Shown: positions 8,902-17,355 of the stretch, in pieces | Layout of the letters: each line of letters begins with the position of its first letter | Numbering within the stretch: position 1 is the stretch's first letter | Assembly (NCBI GenBank): GCA_947167665.1 | Contig: CAMVIY010000005.1 | Span: 1-24,000, forward strand | Direction of reading: 5' to 3' | DNA: 24,000 nucleotides | Origin: an uncultured Bacillales bacterium | Lineage (GTDB): Bacteria > Bacillota_I > Bacilli_A > Acholeplasmatales > Anaeroplasmataceae | Notes under the pieces: model-generated | Databases searched by the model: none | The model's input: only the letters and a program-made list of their open reading frames with translations | What the model was told of the DNA's origin: nothing | Position numbers and translations under genes: made by a program

Positions 8902-10866
8902 TTAGATTTCTTTATATTTATTATAAATATTTTCAACTGTAAATCCATAAGTTTCATGGATATACTTTAATGGCATTGAAGCACCATATTCATCAATACC
9001 TAATACATTAGATGCATATTTATACCAAGGCATTGAAGCACCCATTTCTACAGCTAAACGCTTAGTAATGTTAGAAGGTAAAATCTTTTCTTTATAAGAT
9101 GCATCTTGCTTATCAAATAAGAATTGGCTAATCATAGATACAACTCTTACACCAACACCTTCAGAATCAAGCTTCTTAGCAGCTTCAATACATAATTGAA
9201 GTTCACTACCACAAGTTACATAAATACCTTCAAGCTTATTTTTTGGCTCATATGCAACATATGCACCATATGAAACCTTATCAGGATTTGTTTCAGCTAA
9301 TGTAGTTACATTTTGTCTTGTAGAAACAATAACTGTTGGGTTTTCATTTTGCTTAAATGAATAAACCATTGCTGCTTCCATTTCTTTAGCATCAGCAGGT
9401 CTGAATAAGTTAACGTTAGGCATACATCTAAACATTGCTAATTGCTCAACAGGTTGATGAGTAGGACCATCTTCTCCTACACATACTGTATCATGTGAGA
9501 AAAAGAATAATGTAGGAAGCTTCATAATAGCAGCTACTCTTACAGCTGGCTTTAAGTAATCAGAGAATACAAAGAATCCAGCACAGAATCCTCTTAAACC
9601 ACCATGTAATGTAATACCATTAGTGATTGCTGCCATAGCATGCTCACGAACACCAAACTTTATATTTCTTCCAAGTGGATTTGCTTCACCATAAATACCA
9701 TCAGCGCCCTTAACCATTGTAGATGCAGTTAAATCTGCTGAACCACCCATAATATTTGGCATCTTTGATGATAAGAAATCAACAACCTTACCCATTACCT
9801 TACGAGTTGATTCTGATGAACCAACCTCATATTGAGGTAATTCGTTATATGCAGGTACATTGATATCATTATACATAATATCTGAGAATAATTTGAAATC
9901 ATCCTCATACTTTTTAGAATAATCATTTAACATCTTATTCCATAAAGTACAATTTGTATTACCTCTATCAATTACATTCTTCTTATAGAAAGCATATACT
10001 TCATCATCAATTTGGAAAGGTGCAATAGTATAATTTAAATTTTTTCTTAATTCAGCGATACCTTCAGCATTCATTGGCTTACCATGAATTGAAGATTCAC
10101 CACTATTTGGAGCACCATATCCAATAATAGTTTTAATTTCAATAATTGTTGGCTTTGTTGTGCTTTCCTTAGCTAAATTAATAGCTCTATCTATTTCATC
10201 ACAATCATTACCATCAGTAACCTTAATATAATTCCAGTTCATAGCCTTGAACTTAGCTTCAACAGATTCTGTATTAGCTAATTCAACATTACCATCTAAT
10301 TGAACATCATTTGAATCATATAAAACAATTAATTTATTAAGACCAAGGTGACCAGCTAAGCTTGCAGCTTCTTGGCAAACACCTTCTTGTAAATCACCAT
10401 CACCACATAATACATATGTGTTATGATCTAAAATATTATTATCATATTTATTAAATTTAGCATCAAGGAAGCTTTCAGCAATTGCTAAACCAACTGCAGT
10501 AGCAAAGCCTTGTCCTAAAGGTCCAGTAGATAATTCAACACCTGGAGTATGGTGCCATTCAGGATGTCCTGGAGTTAAAGAACCCTTTTGACGGAAATGC
10601 TTTAAATCATCCATAGAAATCTTATATCCACTTAAATGTAATAGCATATAAAGTAGAATTGAACCATGTCCTGCAGATAAAATGAATCTATCTCTATTAA
10701 ACCATTCAGGATCTGTTGGTGTTATATTTAAATGTCTTGTAAATAATGTATGTAAAATAGGAGCGGCACCTAAAACAATACCAGGATGTCCACTATTTAC
10801 ACTACTTATAATCTCCGCACCTAAAACTCTCAAAGTGTTTACGCACTTCTTATCAATTGAACTCAT
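8902..10866 (-). CDS. tkt: Transketolase
   Basis: 654 aa with motifs SGHPG, GDGDLQEG and HDTVCVGEDGPTHQPVEQ. AAGAGGA RBS upstream. Confidence 0.95.
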   Translation of the reverse strand: MSSIDKKCVNTLRVLGAEIISSVNSGHPGIVLGAAPILHTLFTRHLNITPTDPEWFNRDRFILSAGHGSILLYMLLHLSGYKISMDDLKHFRQKGSLTPGHPEWHHTPGVELSTGPLGQGFATAVGLAIAESFLDAKFNKYDNNILDHNTYVLCGDGDLQEGVCQEAASLAGHLGLNKLIVLYDSNDVQLDGNVELANTESVEAKFKAMNWNYIKVTDGNDCDEIDRAINLAKESTTKPTIIEIKTIIGYGAPNSGESSIHGKPMNAEGIAELRKNLNYTIAPFQIDDEVYAFYKKNVIDRGNTNCTLWNKMLNDYSKKYEDDFKLFSDIMYNDINVPAYNELPQYEVGSSESTRKVMGKVVDFLSSKMPNIMGGSADLTASTMVKGADGIYGEANPLGRNIKFGVREHAMAAITNGITLHGGLRGFCAGFFVFSDYLKPAVRVAAIMKLPTLFFFSHDTVCVGEDGPTHQPVEQLAMFRCMPNVNLFRPADAKEMEAAMVYSFKQNENPTVIVSTRQNVTTLAETNPDKVSYGAYVAYEPKNKLEGIYVTCGSELQLCIEAAKKLDSEGVGVRVVSMISQFLFDKQDASYKEKILPSNITKRLAVEMGASMPWYKYASNVLGIDEYGASMPLKYIHETYGFTVENIYNKYKEI

Positions 10867-10893
10867 TTGCTTATCCTCTTAAATACTTAAAGC

Positions 10894-11652
10894 TTATTTT
10901 GCTTCGTTTGTTTCTTTATTTTCGTCTTCTAAAACTTCATTTTCTCCCTTAGAAGTTTCACCTTCTAAAGTCTTTTCTTCAACTACAACATCTTCTGTTT
11001 TTTCTAAAGCTTTAGCCTCTTCTTGTGGCTCATCAGCTTCTAATGCTTCATCGTCTTCCTCAACATTATCATTTTGATATAGCTTATCATAATATTCATC
11101 TATGTATTCTTTTTGCTTTTTTAAGATATCATCAAATTGATTTTGACCAAGGAAATCAGAAATTTCATTTCTAGATTTAATATTTGCTTCCATAACTTTC
11201 TTTCTTGTAAATGAATTTACAACAATCATACAAATGAAAGCTAAAATTAATACACCAATAATGGCATATGAAGCCCAGTCTTGCTTAACAAAGAAAGAAC
11301 CAATACATAATCCGCAGCATACAACCATCATAGGGATTAAAATTCTTCTGCTAGTTTTCTTTGTGATGTTTTCTGTTGTATCCCAGAAATCAACCCAAAT
11401 TTTATTAATAGGTTGTTGATATAATGCTTTAACTGCATTATAGTAACCACTTTCTATATATACTCTATAATTTACTCCATCAATTGATGACCATACAGCA
11501 AATTGTGATTTTGCAATAAATTCATTTTTTGCTTCTTCATAATCATCTAAATAAAATAATTCAACTTTTCTTCCATCAAATTCTTGTACTTCAATTGGAG
11601 TTGCTCCATCAGCTAATGTGAAGATTTTTGGATTAATTCTCAATTTAATCAC
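10894..11652 (-). CDS. Hypothetical membrane protein with two central TM helices and a strongly acidic C-terminal tail
   Basis: 252-aa ORF with hydrophobic segments ILIPMMVVCCGLCIGSFFV and YAIIGVLILAFICMIVV. The C-terminal ~60 aa are rich in E/D. It ends 27 nt upstream of tkt, so is probably co-transcribed. The start is GTG 11652, or TTG 11643 preceded by GAAGGTGA. I do not recognise a family. Confidence 0.65.
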   Translation of the reverse strand: MIKLRINPKIFTLADGATPIEVQEFDGRKVELFYLDDYEEAKNEFIAKSQFAVWSSIDGVNYRVYIESGYYNAVKALYQQPINKIWVDFWDTTENITKKTSRRILIPMMVVCCGLCIGSFFVKQDWASYAIIGVLILAFICMIVVNSFTRKKVMEANIKSRNEISDFLGQNQFDDILKKQKEYIDEYYDKLYQNDNVEEDDEALEADEPQEEAKALEKTEDVVVEEKTLEGETSKGENEVLEDENKETNEAK

Positions 11653-11749
11653 CTTCTACTTACATAAGTAAGTATCCTTTCTAAAAAATAACTAAAAATA
11701 TTATAACATAACGATTTTAAAAAGAAAAGAAAAACACAATAAAAGAAAA

Positions 11750-11773
11750 AGAGCAATTTTTTTAAATTGCTCT
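11750..11773 (-). terminator. Intrinsic terminator after the CvpA-family gene
   Basis: Stem AGAGCAATTT (11750-11759) / AAATTGCTCT (11764-11773), followed on the minus strand by TTTTTCTTTT. Confidence 0.6.
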
Positions 11774-11793
11774 TAGAAATCAAGTTATAAATA

Positions 11794-12525
11794 TTATCCA
11801 CCAAAGATTAATGTAAAAATCTTCTTTAAAAGATTATTTTCCATAAACCATTTTGATAATCTAAATTTATCTGTTTCCATTTGGAAATCAACATTAATAA
11901 AATCATTTAATTGGGTAATATTTGCTTTAGTATATAAATAATATAAACCAATGAATAATAATGAAAGTATAATAACATAAATAACTTCATATAATAATAT
12001 ACCAAAGATACCATCAACAAATTTGAATACCTTATTTTCTCTCATTATTGCTGCAATTAATTTAGCAATACAAATTACTAAAATTACACCAATAACTATA
12101 ATGAAAAATGAAATAACATTACAAATCCATCTTGTTACTGTTTCAGCACATACACTAATTAATTCATTAGCTTCTTCAGGCACATTACTTCCCATCATTC
12201 TAACAATCATACCTGCAAAGAATTCATTAGTACCTAAAATATTAGCTACTAAAGCAGTTGTAGTTGTACCTTCAGGTTGCTTACCACCTAAATTATTATT
12301 AATATTATTAGTTATTGCTTTTAAAATATCAGGATAGATTATTCCCCATTCCTTCAAATAACCAGTTAAAGTTGTTGCAAATAAGAATGAGAAAACAATA
12401 ATTAATAAAATACTTGCTATAGATAAAATCTTTGTTATAAAGCCTTTTTTATAACCAACAATTAACATTATTATTGCCCCTAAAACAATAACAATATCAA
12501 CAATACCACAAAACATTAAATCCAT
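11794..12525 (-). CDS. CvpA-family (colicin V production-like) integral membrane protein
   Basis: N-terminus MDLMFCGIVDIVIVLGAIIMLIVGYKKGFITKILSIASILLIIVFSF matches the CvpA-family pattern, and several further TM helices follow. I moved the start to ATG 12525 because AAGGGAGGAAAAG lies directly upstream. The track start at 12543 (GTG) would translate that RBS. Confidence 0.75.
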   Translation of the reverse strand: MDLMFCGIVDIVIVLGAIIMLIVGYKKGFITKILSIASILLIIVFSFLFATTLTGYLKEWGIIYPDILKAITNNINNNLGGKQPEGTTTTALVANILGTNEFFAGMIVRMMGSNVPEEANELISVCAETVTRWICNVISFFIIVIGVILVICIAKLIAAIMRENKVFKFVDGIFGILLYEVIYVIILSLLFIGLYYLYTKANITQLNDFINVDFQMETDKFRLSKWFMENNLLKKIFTLIFGG

Positions 12526-12651
12526 ATCTTTTCCTCCCTTCACACTTTTATTGAAAACTTACGAATAAATTATATAATTTATAAGTTTATTTTTCAATAA
12601 AATTATTCACTTTAAATTCTAAAAAGTGTAGAATAAAAATGGTGATGATTT

Positions 12652-14433
12652 ATGATAAGTTTAGAAAATTTACAAAAACAATTAATTGCATCAAACTATG
12701 ATGCATTCATTATTCCTACATCTGATTTCCATGGTTCAGAATATATATCAGATTATTTTAAAGCAAGAAAATATTTTTCAGGCTTTACAGGATCTGCAGG
12801 TACTTTATTAGTTTTACAATCAAGTGCGTTCTTATGGACAGATGGTAGATATTTTATTCAAGCAGCATTAGAGCTTGAAAACACAGGAATTGAGCTTATG
12901 AAAATGGGCGAACCAAATGTTCCAACTATAACTGAGTTTTTAAATTCTAATACAAGTAGCATAAGAAATATTGTATTTGATGGTAGATTATTAAGTACAA
13001 ATGAGGTTTTAAAATATCAAAAGGAATTAAAGCCTACAATTAAAATTGAAATAGATAATAATTTAATAGATAAAACTTGGGCTTTAAGACCAAGATTACC
13101 ATATTCTAATCTTTATATTTTATCTAACTTCTTTGCAGGAAGAAGCTATGAAGAAAAAATACAAGCAATTAGAAATATAATGAAGGATAAAAACGTTAAT
13201 GGCTTTTTATTAACCTCATTAGAAGATCAAGCATGGTTATATAATTTAAGAGGTAATGATGTTCCTCATACACCAGTATTCTTAAGCTATACATATATTA
13301 CAAATGAAAATGTAACATTATTTATAGATCAAAATAAAATTGATTTAGAGGTAAATAAATATTTAGATAGAGAATCAATTACTGTTAAGCCTTATTTTGA
13401 AATATATGAATATGTTAAAACAATTAAGGGTAAGAATATTTTAATTGATCCAAATAAAGTTAATTATTCATTATATAATTCATTATTTGAACAAAATAAT
13501 ATAACATTTGATACAAACCCAACACTTCTTCTTAAAGCAATTAAAAATGAAACAGAAATCGAAAACATAAAAATGGCTCATATAAAGGATGGTTTATGTG
13601 TAACTAGATTTATGAAATATCTAAAAGAAAAATTCATCGAAGGTGATAAGCTTACTGAAATTAGCTTATCAGATTATATTGCTAATTTAAGAAAAGAAAC
13701 AAAAGGATATGTCGATTTATCATTCAATACTATTTGTGCATTTAATGAGCATGGAGCAATGATGCACTATTCTGCAACAGAAGAATCTAATTACGATGTA
13801 GATAAGCCAGGCTTTTTATTAATAGATTCAGGTGGACATTACCTAGAAGGTACAACTGATATAACAAGAACATATGCTTTAGGAAGCATTTCAAAGGAAA
13901 TGAAAAAGCATTATACTTTAGTTTTAAAAGCTGTAATAGGTTTAGCTTCTGCAGTATTTATGAAAGGCTGTAGAGGAATTAATCTAGATATTTTAGCAAG
14001 AGGACCTATTTGGAAGGAATTACTTGATTATAAATGCGGAACAGGCCATGGAGTAGGATATCTTCTTTCAGTTCATGAAGCACCTAATGGCTTTAGATGG
14101 AAAATTGTTCCAGAAAGAAATGATTCAGCTATTTTAGAACCAGGCATGGTTACAACAGATGAACCAGGAATCTATTTAGAGAATAAATATGGTATTAGAA
14201 TTGAAAATGAATTATTATGTGTTAATGCTGGTACATCTCCATTTGGAGAATTCTTAAAATTCGAAACAATCACTTATGCTCCTATTGATTTAGATGCAGT
14301 TGATGTATCATTATTAAATGATGAAGAAAAGAAATGGTTAAATGATTATCATAAAATGGTATATGAAAAGTTAGCTTCAGAGCTTAATGATGAAGAAAAG
14401 GAATTCTTAAAACAATATACAAGAGAAATATAA
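12652..14433 (+). CDS. Xaa-Pro aminopeptidase, M24B family (aminopeptidase P-like, long form)
   Basis: 593 aa with metal-ligand context LLIDSGGHY, TTDITRT, GTGHGVG, TTDEPGIY and IRIENE. GGTGA RBS upstream. Confidence 0.9.
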   Translation: MISLENLQKQLIASNYDAFIIPTSDFHGSEYISDYFKARKYFSGFTGSAGTLLVLQSSAFLWTDGRYFIQAALELENTGIELMKMGEPNVPTITEFLNSNTSSIRNIVFDGRLLSTNEVLKYQKELKPTIKIEIDNNLIDKTWALRPRLPYSNLYILSNFFAGRSYEEKIQAIRNIMKDKNVNGFLLTSLEDQAWLYNLRGNDVPHTPVFLSYTYITNENVTLFIDQNKIDLEVNKYLDRESITVKPYFEIYEYVKTIKGKNILIDPNKVNYSLYNSLFEQNNITFDTNPTLLLKAIKNETEIENIKMAHIKDGLCVTRFMKYLKEKFIEGDKLTEISLSDYIANLRKETKGYVDLSFNTICAFNEHGAMMHYSATEESNYDVDKPGFLLIDSGGHYLEGTTDITRTYALGSISKEMKKHYTLVLKAVIGLASAVFMKGCRGINLDILARGPIWKELLDYKCGTGHGVGYLLSVHEAPNGFRWKIVPERNDSAILEPGMVTTDEPGIYLENKYGIRIENELLCVNAGTSPFGEFLKFETITYAPIDLDAVDVSLLNDEEKKWLNDYHKMVYEKLASELNDEEKEFLKQYTREI

Positions 14434-14476
14434 AAAATAGAATGTAAAAAGATTAAAAATCTTTATCCATTCTTCT

Positions 14477-14505
14477 AGAGGACTAGCGTCCTCTTTTCTT
14501 TTTTT
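14477..14505 (+). terminator. Intrinsic terminator after the aminopeptidase gene
   Basis: AGAGGAC (14477-14483), loop TAGC, GTCCTCT (14488-14494), followed by TTTCTTTTTTT. Confidence 0.65.
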
Positions 14506-14532
14506 GTATAATCAACCTAGAGGTATCACGAA

Positions 14533-15909
14533 ATGACTAAAGTATATTCAGAGTGTCCAATTGAAAAAAAGGTAACTCCTTATTTTGTTATGGCTAAAAA
14601 ACATTTTCTGGCTAATATATTAACAAAAGCTGCTAAAGCTGGACAAGATGTATATGAAAATGAATATATAAAACTAAATAATCTTTTGTATGCTAGAGAA
14701 CAAAATGAATTAATTAGTATTAAGGATATCTTTATTAATCATTGGGATGAATTTAAAGAATTATGTGCCAAAAATAATAGACCTATTAGGAAATCAATTC
14801 ATAAAAATGTTGAGGCTATGATGAATTGTAAAAATTTCAAAAAAGGGTATTTATGGTATGAATGTCCTAAATGTGGTAATTTTGAAATGAGAGGAATCTC
14901 ATGTCATTCTAGATTTTGTACTTCTTGCGGTAAAAAATATAGAGATGCTAGAGCTAACAAAATTTCACAAACTTGTATATATGCACCTCATAGACATATC
15001 ACATGGACTATTTCAAAGGATTTAAGAAAATATTTTAGAAAATATAAAGAATTATATGATGACTTATTTGGTGCTGTAAATGATGTTTTAACTTTTATAA
15101 TTATTGGTAAATCAAAAGCTTCTAAAAAACGTAATGAAAGATTAGGATTTATTTCTACAATTCATACATTTGGTCGTGATATGAAATTTAATCCTCACAT
15201 TCATTCTCTTGTTGCTGAATGTACAATTGATAAATTTGGAAACAAAAAGCCTTTTACTTATTTTAATTATGAATCGTTACGTAAATCATTTATGAATCAA
15301 TTATTAAAAAGAATGTATAGATTCTTAAAAAAAGTTGATAACACAAAAGATTTAATTGAATTTTGTAAATTAAGAAGAAAGTTATATGCTAATCAAGGAG
15401 AAGGCTTCTATGTCCATGCTCCTCAAAAACAATGTAAAAATCCTAAACAAATTAAAAAAGTAGTTAACTATGTTTGTAGATATGCTGGTCATCCTGCAAT
15501 GAGTGAATCAAGAATTATTTCTTATGATAAAAATAAAAAAATGATTTATTACTACTATGACCCACATGAAGATGATGCTATAATCAACGAAGATGACAAA
15601 ATAGGAAGACAATATGTCAAAGAATCTGTTTATGAGTTTATTGCTAAACTAATAATTCATATTCCAGAAGAAAATGTTCACACTACTAGGTATTATGGCT
15701 TCTATGCTAATCATTCTTCTTTAGATACATTTCATCAACCTAAATTATTCAAAATAACTGAAATAAATCAAATGAAAAATAATTTAAACTGGAGATTAAG
15801 ATTAATTCAATCATATAAATATGACCCTTTACTTTGTTACTGTGGAGCTACAATGGTTCTTGTTCCTGAAAATTGTTACTTCGAAGGCTATTCTAAGGAG
15901 GATGGTTAA
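14533..15909 (+). CDS. IS91/IS801-family rolling-circle transposase (N-terminal zinc-binding domain plus HUH-Y2 domain)
   Basis: 458 aa. Zinc motif CPKCGN...CHSRFCTSCG. HUH motif FNPHIHSLV. Two-tyrosine motif VVNYVCRYAGHPAMSESRI (Y-x3-Y). C-terminal TTRYYGFYAN block typical of the family. Confidence 0.85.
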   Translation: MTKVYSECPIEKKVTPYFVMAKKHFLANILTKAAKAGQDVYENEYIKLNNLLYAREQNELISIKDIFINHWDEFKELCAKNNRPIRKSIHKNVEAMMNCKNFKKGYLWYECPKCGNFEMRGISCHSRFCTSCGKKYRDARANKISQTCIYAPHRHITWTISKDLRKYFRKYKELYDDLFGAVNDVLTFIIIGKSKASKKRNERLGFISTIHTFGRDMKFNPHIHSLVAECTIDKFGNKKPFTYFNYESLRKSFMNQLLKRMYRFLKKVDNTKDLIEFCKLRRKLYANQGEGFYVHAPQKQCKNPKQIKKVVNYVCRYAGHPAMSESRIISYDKNKKMIYYYYDPHEDDAIINEDDKIGRQYVKESVYEFIAKLIIHIPEENVHTTRYYGFYANHSSLDTFHQPKLFKITEINQMKNNLNWRLRLIQSYKYDPLLCYCGATMVLVPENCYFEGYSKEDG

Positions 15910-15910
15910 A

Positions 15911-16306
15911 ATGAAATTCAAAACTAACAAAAGACTTCTAACTAAAGATGAAAAAATGCGTAGAGCTATTTTCTTCTATACATATGATGATGATTCTTTT
16001 GAACCTATATTTGAAAATGAAGATAATCCATATGATGAATATGGACAACCTTTGATTAAGATTAAAGAAAATTTTGATAAGCTTGATGATTTAACAAAAT
16101 CTCTTGTCTTAGAATTTGCCAACAGGGAAATATATGATGAAACTATTGATCTTAAATGTTTAGATTGTAATTATGAGGAACTTAATCAAGATTTCGAAAC
16201 AATAGACGAAATGTGGGATGGGAAAGATTATCCTATACTATACTGTCCTAATTGTAATAAACCAACTTTTGTTCCATTAGATATTTGGAACAATAAACAT
16301 AAATAA
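15911..16306 (+). CDS. Zinc-ribbon protein (131 aa) translationally coupled to the transposase; function unknown
   Basis: ATG 15911 lies 1 nt after the transposase TAA, with AAGGAGGA inside the last transposase codons. Product is MKFKTNKRLLTKDEKMRRAI... with CLDCN...CPNCN (CxxC-x34-CxxC). The track ORF start at 15821 only reads through the transposase 3' end. Confidence 0.7.
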   Translation: MKFKTNKRLLTKDEKMRRAIFFYTYDDDSFEPIFENEDNPYDEYGQPLIKIKENFDKLDDLTKSLVLEFANREIYDETIDLKCLDCNYEELNQDFETIDEMWDGKDYPILYCPNCNKPTFVPLDIWNNKHK

Positions 16307-16326
16307 TTTAAATAAGAATATTTTTT

Positions 16327-16350
16327 AAGCCTAGATGCCTAGGCTTTTTT
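16327..16350 (+). terminator. Intrinsic terminator after the zinc-ribbon ORF
   Basis: AAGCCTAG (16327-16334), loop ATGC, CTAGGCTT (16339-16346), then a T-run. Confidence 0.65.
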
Positions 16351-16403
16351 GGCTTGAGAAGACTAAAATAAGCAAATATAGAATTTCCTAATAAATAAAA
16401 AAC

Positions 16404-16430
16404 GGAATGCAAACGCATTCCTTTTTATTT
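16404..16430. terminator. Second stem-loop with flanking A-run and T-run (bidirectional terminator or IS-end structure)
   Basis: GGAATGC (16404-16410), loop AAAC, GCATTCC (16415-16421). Preceded by AAAAAAC and followed by TTTTTATTTTT. Confidence 0.45.
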
Positions 16431-16538
16431 TTAATAGATTGTAAACATTTTCCTATCATTGATAGCGTTTTTCAATTTGAAATCATGAAAATAAAGAGTA
16501 TTATATATGCTGTTTGATAAATAAATTGGAGGTAGACT

Positions 16539-16742
16539 ATGAATTTATATCAAGTTTCAGGAATATATAATAAACGTCCTATTAAGACAAAATGCTTCAA
16601 AAATTCTTTAAAAGCATTCAAATATTTAGATAAAGTACTTTTTGACTTAAATGTTGAAATCGATGAAGTTTTTACTACTGAAGAAAATCTAACTACTTAT
16701 GTAGTTGATAATTATACACGTTTTTCAGTTGAAAAGCTTTAA
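16539..16742 (+). CDS. Hypothetical small protein (67 aa)
   Basis: GGAGG lies 7 nt upstream of the ATG, and the gene has its own terminator directly downstream. I recognise no motif. Confidence 0.5.
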   Translation: MNLYQVSGIYNKRPIKTKCFKNSLKAFKYLDKVLFDLNVEIDEVFTTEENLTTYVVDNYTRFSVEKL

Positions 16743-16750
16743 TAATTAAA

Positions 16751-16787
16751 ATAGGTATTCGCTTTAAAAGTGAATACCTATTTTTTA
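16751..16787 (+). terminator. Intrinsic terminator after the 67-aa ORF
   Basis: 10-bp stem ATAGGTATTC (16751-16760) / GAATACCTAT (16772-16781), followed by TTTTTT. Confidence 0.65.
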
Positions 16788-16796
16788 TCTATAAAT

Positions 16797-16886
16797 AAAA
16801 AAAGCGCCCAAGCCACATCACCTACAAGCTTAAGGCTGCTACCTTCCGGTCCTGACCTGGTTCACCGTAAACAATTGACTCGGGAC
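16797..16886 (-). ncRNA. ffs: Signal recognition particle RNA, small (4.5S-like) type
   Basis: Minus strand reads GUCCCGAGUCAAUUGUUUACGGUGAACCAGGUCAGGACCGGAAGGUAGCAGCCUUAAGCUUGUAGGUGAUGUGGCUUGGGCGCUUUUUUU. The core AACCAGGUCAGGACCGGAAGGUAGCAGCC (16834-16862) is nearly identical to the domain IV motif of E. coli 4.5S RNA, including the GGAA tetraloop. 5' CCCGAG pairs with 3' CUUGGG, and the RNA ends in a U-tract. It lies directly downstream of tadA, as scr does in B. subtilis. Confidence 0.85.
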
Positions 16887-16892
16887 AAAAGT

Positions 16893-16921
16893 ATTCTATC
16901 ATAAAAGGTTCTTCTTTTCAA
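16893..16921 (-). promoter_or_regulatory. Promoter of the SRP RNA, embedded in the 3' end of tadA
   Basis: Minus strand reads TTGAAA (16921-16916), a 17-nt spacer, then TAGAAT (16898-16893), with TGA immediately upstream of the -10 (extended -10). That TGA is also the tadA stop codon (16901-16899). The predicted start is about 7 nt downstream, at the G of GUCCCGAG. Confidence 0.6.
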
Positions 16922-17345
16922 CTCTTAATCTTTTAAAGAAGTCTTTAATAAGATTTGAGCATTCCTCTTCTAAAAGTCCACCTTTAATATCAACTTGATG
17001 ATTAAATTTAACATCAAATAAATTTATTATACTTTTATGAGCACCAAATCTATAATCATATGCTCCATAAATTACTTTTTTTATTCTTGATTGAATAATT
17101 GCACCACTACACATAGCACATGGTTCTAATGTGATATACATTGTTGCATCCTCAAGTCTCCAAGAATTAATCTTTTTACAAGCCTTATTTATCGCAACAA
17201 TTTCAGCATGGGCAAGACTATTTTCAAGCTTTTCTCTTTTATTATAGCCTCTTGCTATAATTTTCCCATTAAGTACAATTACACATCCAATTGGAACTTC
17301 ATCTATTTTATCTGCCTTCAAAGCTTCCTTTAAAGCTTGACGCAT
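16899..17345 (-). CDS. tadA: tRNA-specific adenosine deaminase TadA
   Basis: Deaminase zinc motifs HAEIVAI and PCAMCSGAI. I set the start at ATG 17345 (MRQALKEALKADKIDEVPIGCVIV...). The track start at 17426 would overlap 71 nt of tdk and add a non-conserved extension. Confidence 0.9.
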   Translation of the reverse strand: MRQALKEALKADKIDEVPIGCVIVLNGKIIARGYNKREKLENSLAHAEIVAINKACKKINSWRLEDATMYITLEPCAMCSGAIIQSRIKKVIYGAYDYRFGAHKSIINLFDVKFNHQVDIKGGLLEEECSNLIKDFFKRLRVEKKNLL

Positions 17346-17355
17346 ATAATATTCA

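Larger units (their letters stand above)
14533..16306 (+). mobile_element. Core of an IS91-family element (tnpA plus coupled ORF). True ends (oriIS/terIS) not determined.
   Basis: Family assignment of the transposase. The flanks hold stem-loops (14477-14494, 16327-16346, 16404-16421) and a CTTG tetranucleotide at 16352-16355, one of the two target tetranucleotides described for IS91. I could not define the boundaries by eye. Confidence 0.5.

Noticed and set aside
10682-10882. 66-aa plus-strand ORF
   Set aside because: It is antisense to the 5' end of tkt, whose product is unambiguous.
11234-11419. 61-aa plus-strand ORF
   Set aside because: It is antisense to the TM region of the 252-aa membrane protein. 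This is a mirror-image hydrophobic artefact.
12023-12337. 104-aa plus-strand ORF
   Set aside because: It is antisense to the CvpA-family gene. Antisense frames of TM-rich genes typically stay open, and there is no RBS or promoter.
15821-15910. N-terminal 30-aa extension of the zinc-ribbon ORF, overlapping the transposase 3' end
   Set aside because: A strong AAGGAGGA RBS serves the ATG at 15911. The extension is just an alternative frame of the transposase gene.
16327-16346. Identical hairpin arms AAGCCTAG/CTAGGCTT here and at 21264-21285, as a possible REP-like repeat family
   Set aside because: There are only two 8-bp arms with different loops and flanks, built around the self-complementary CCTAGG core. 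Both sit where ordinary terminators are expected. This is too little evidence for a repeat family without a genome-wide count.
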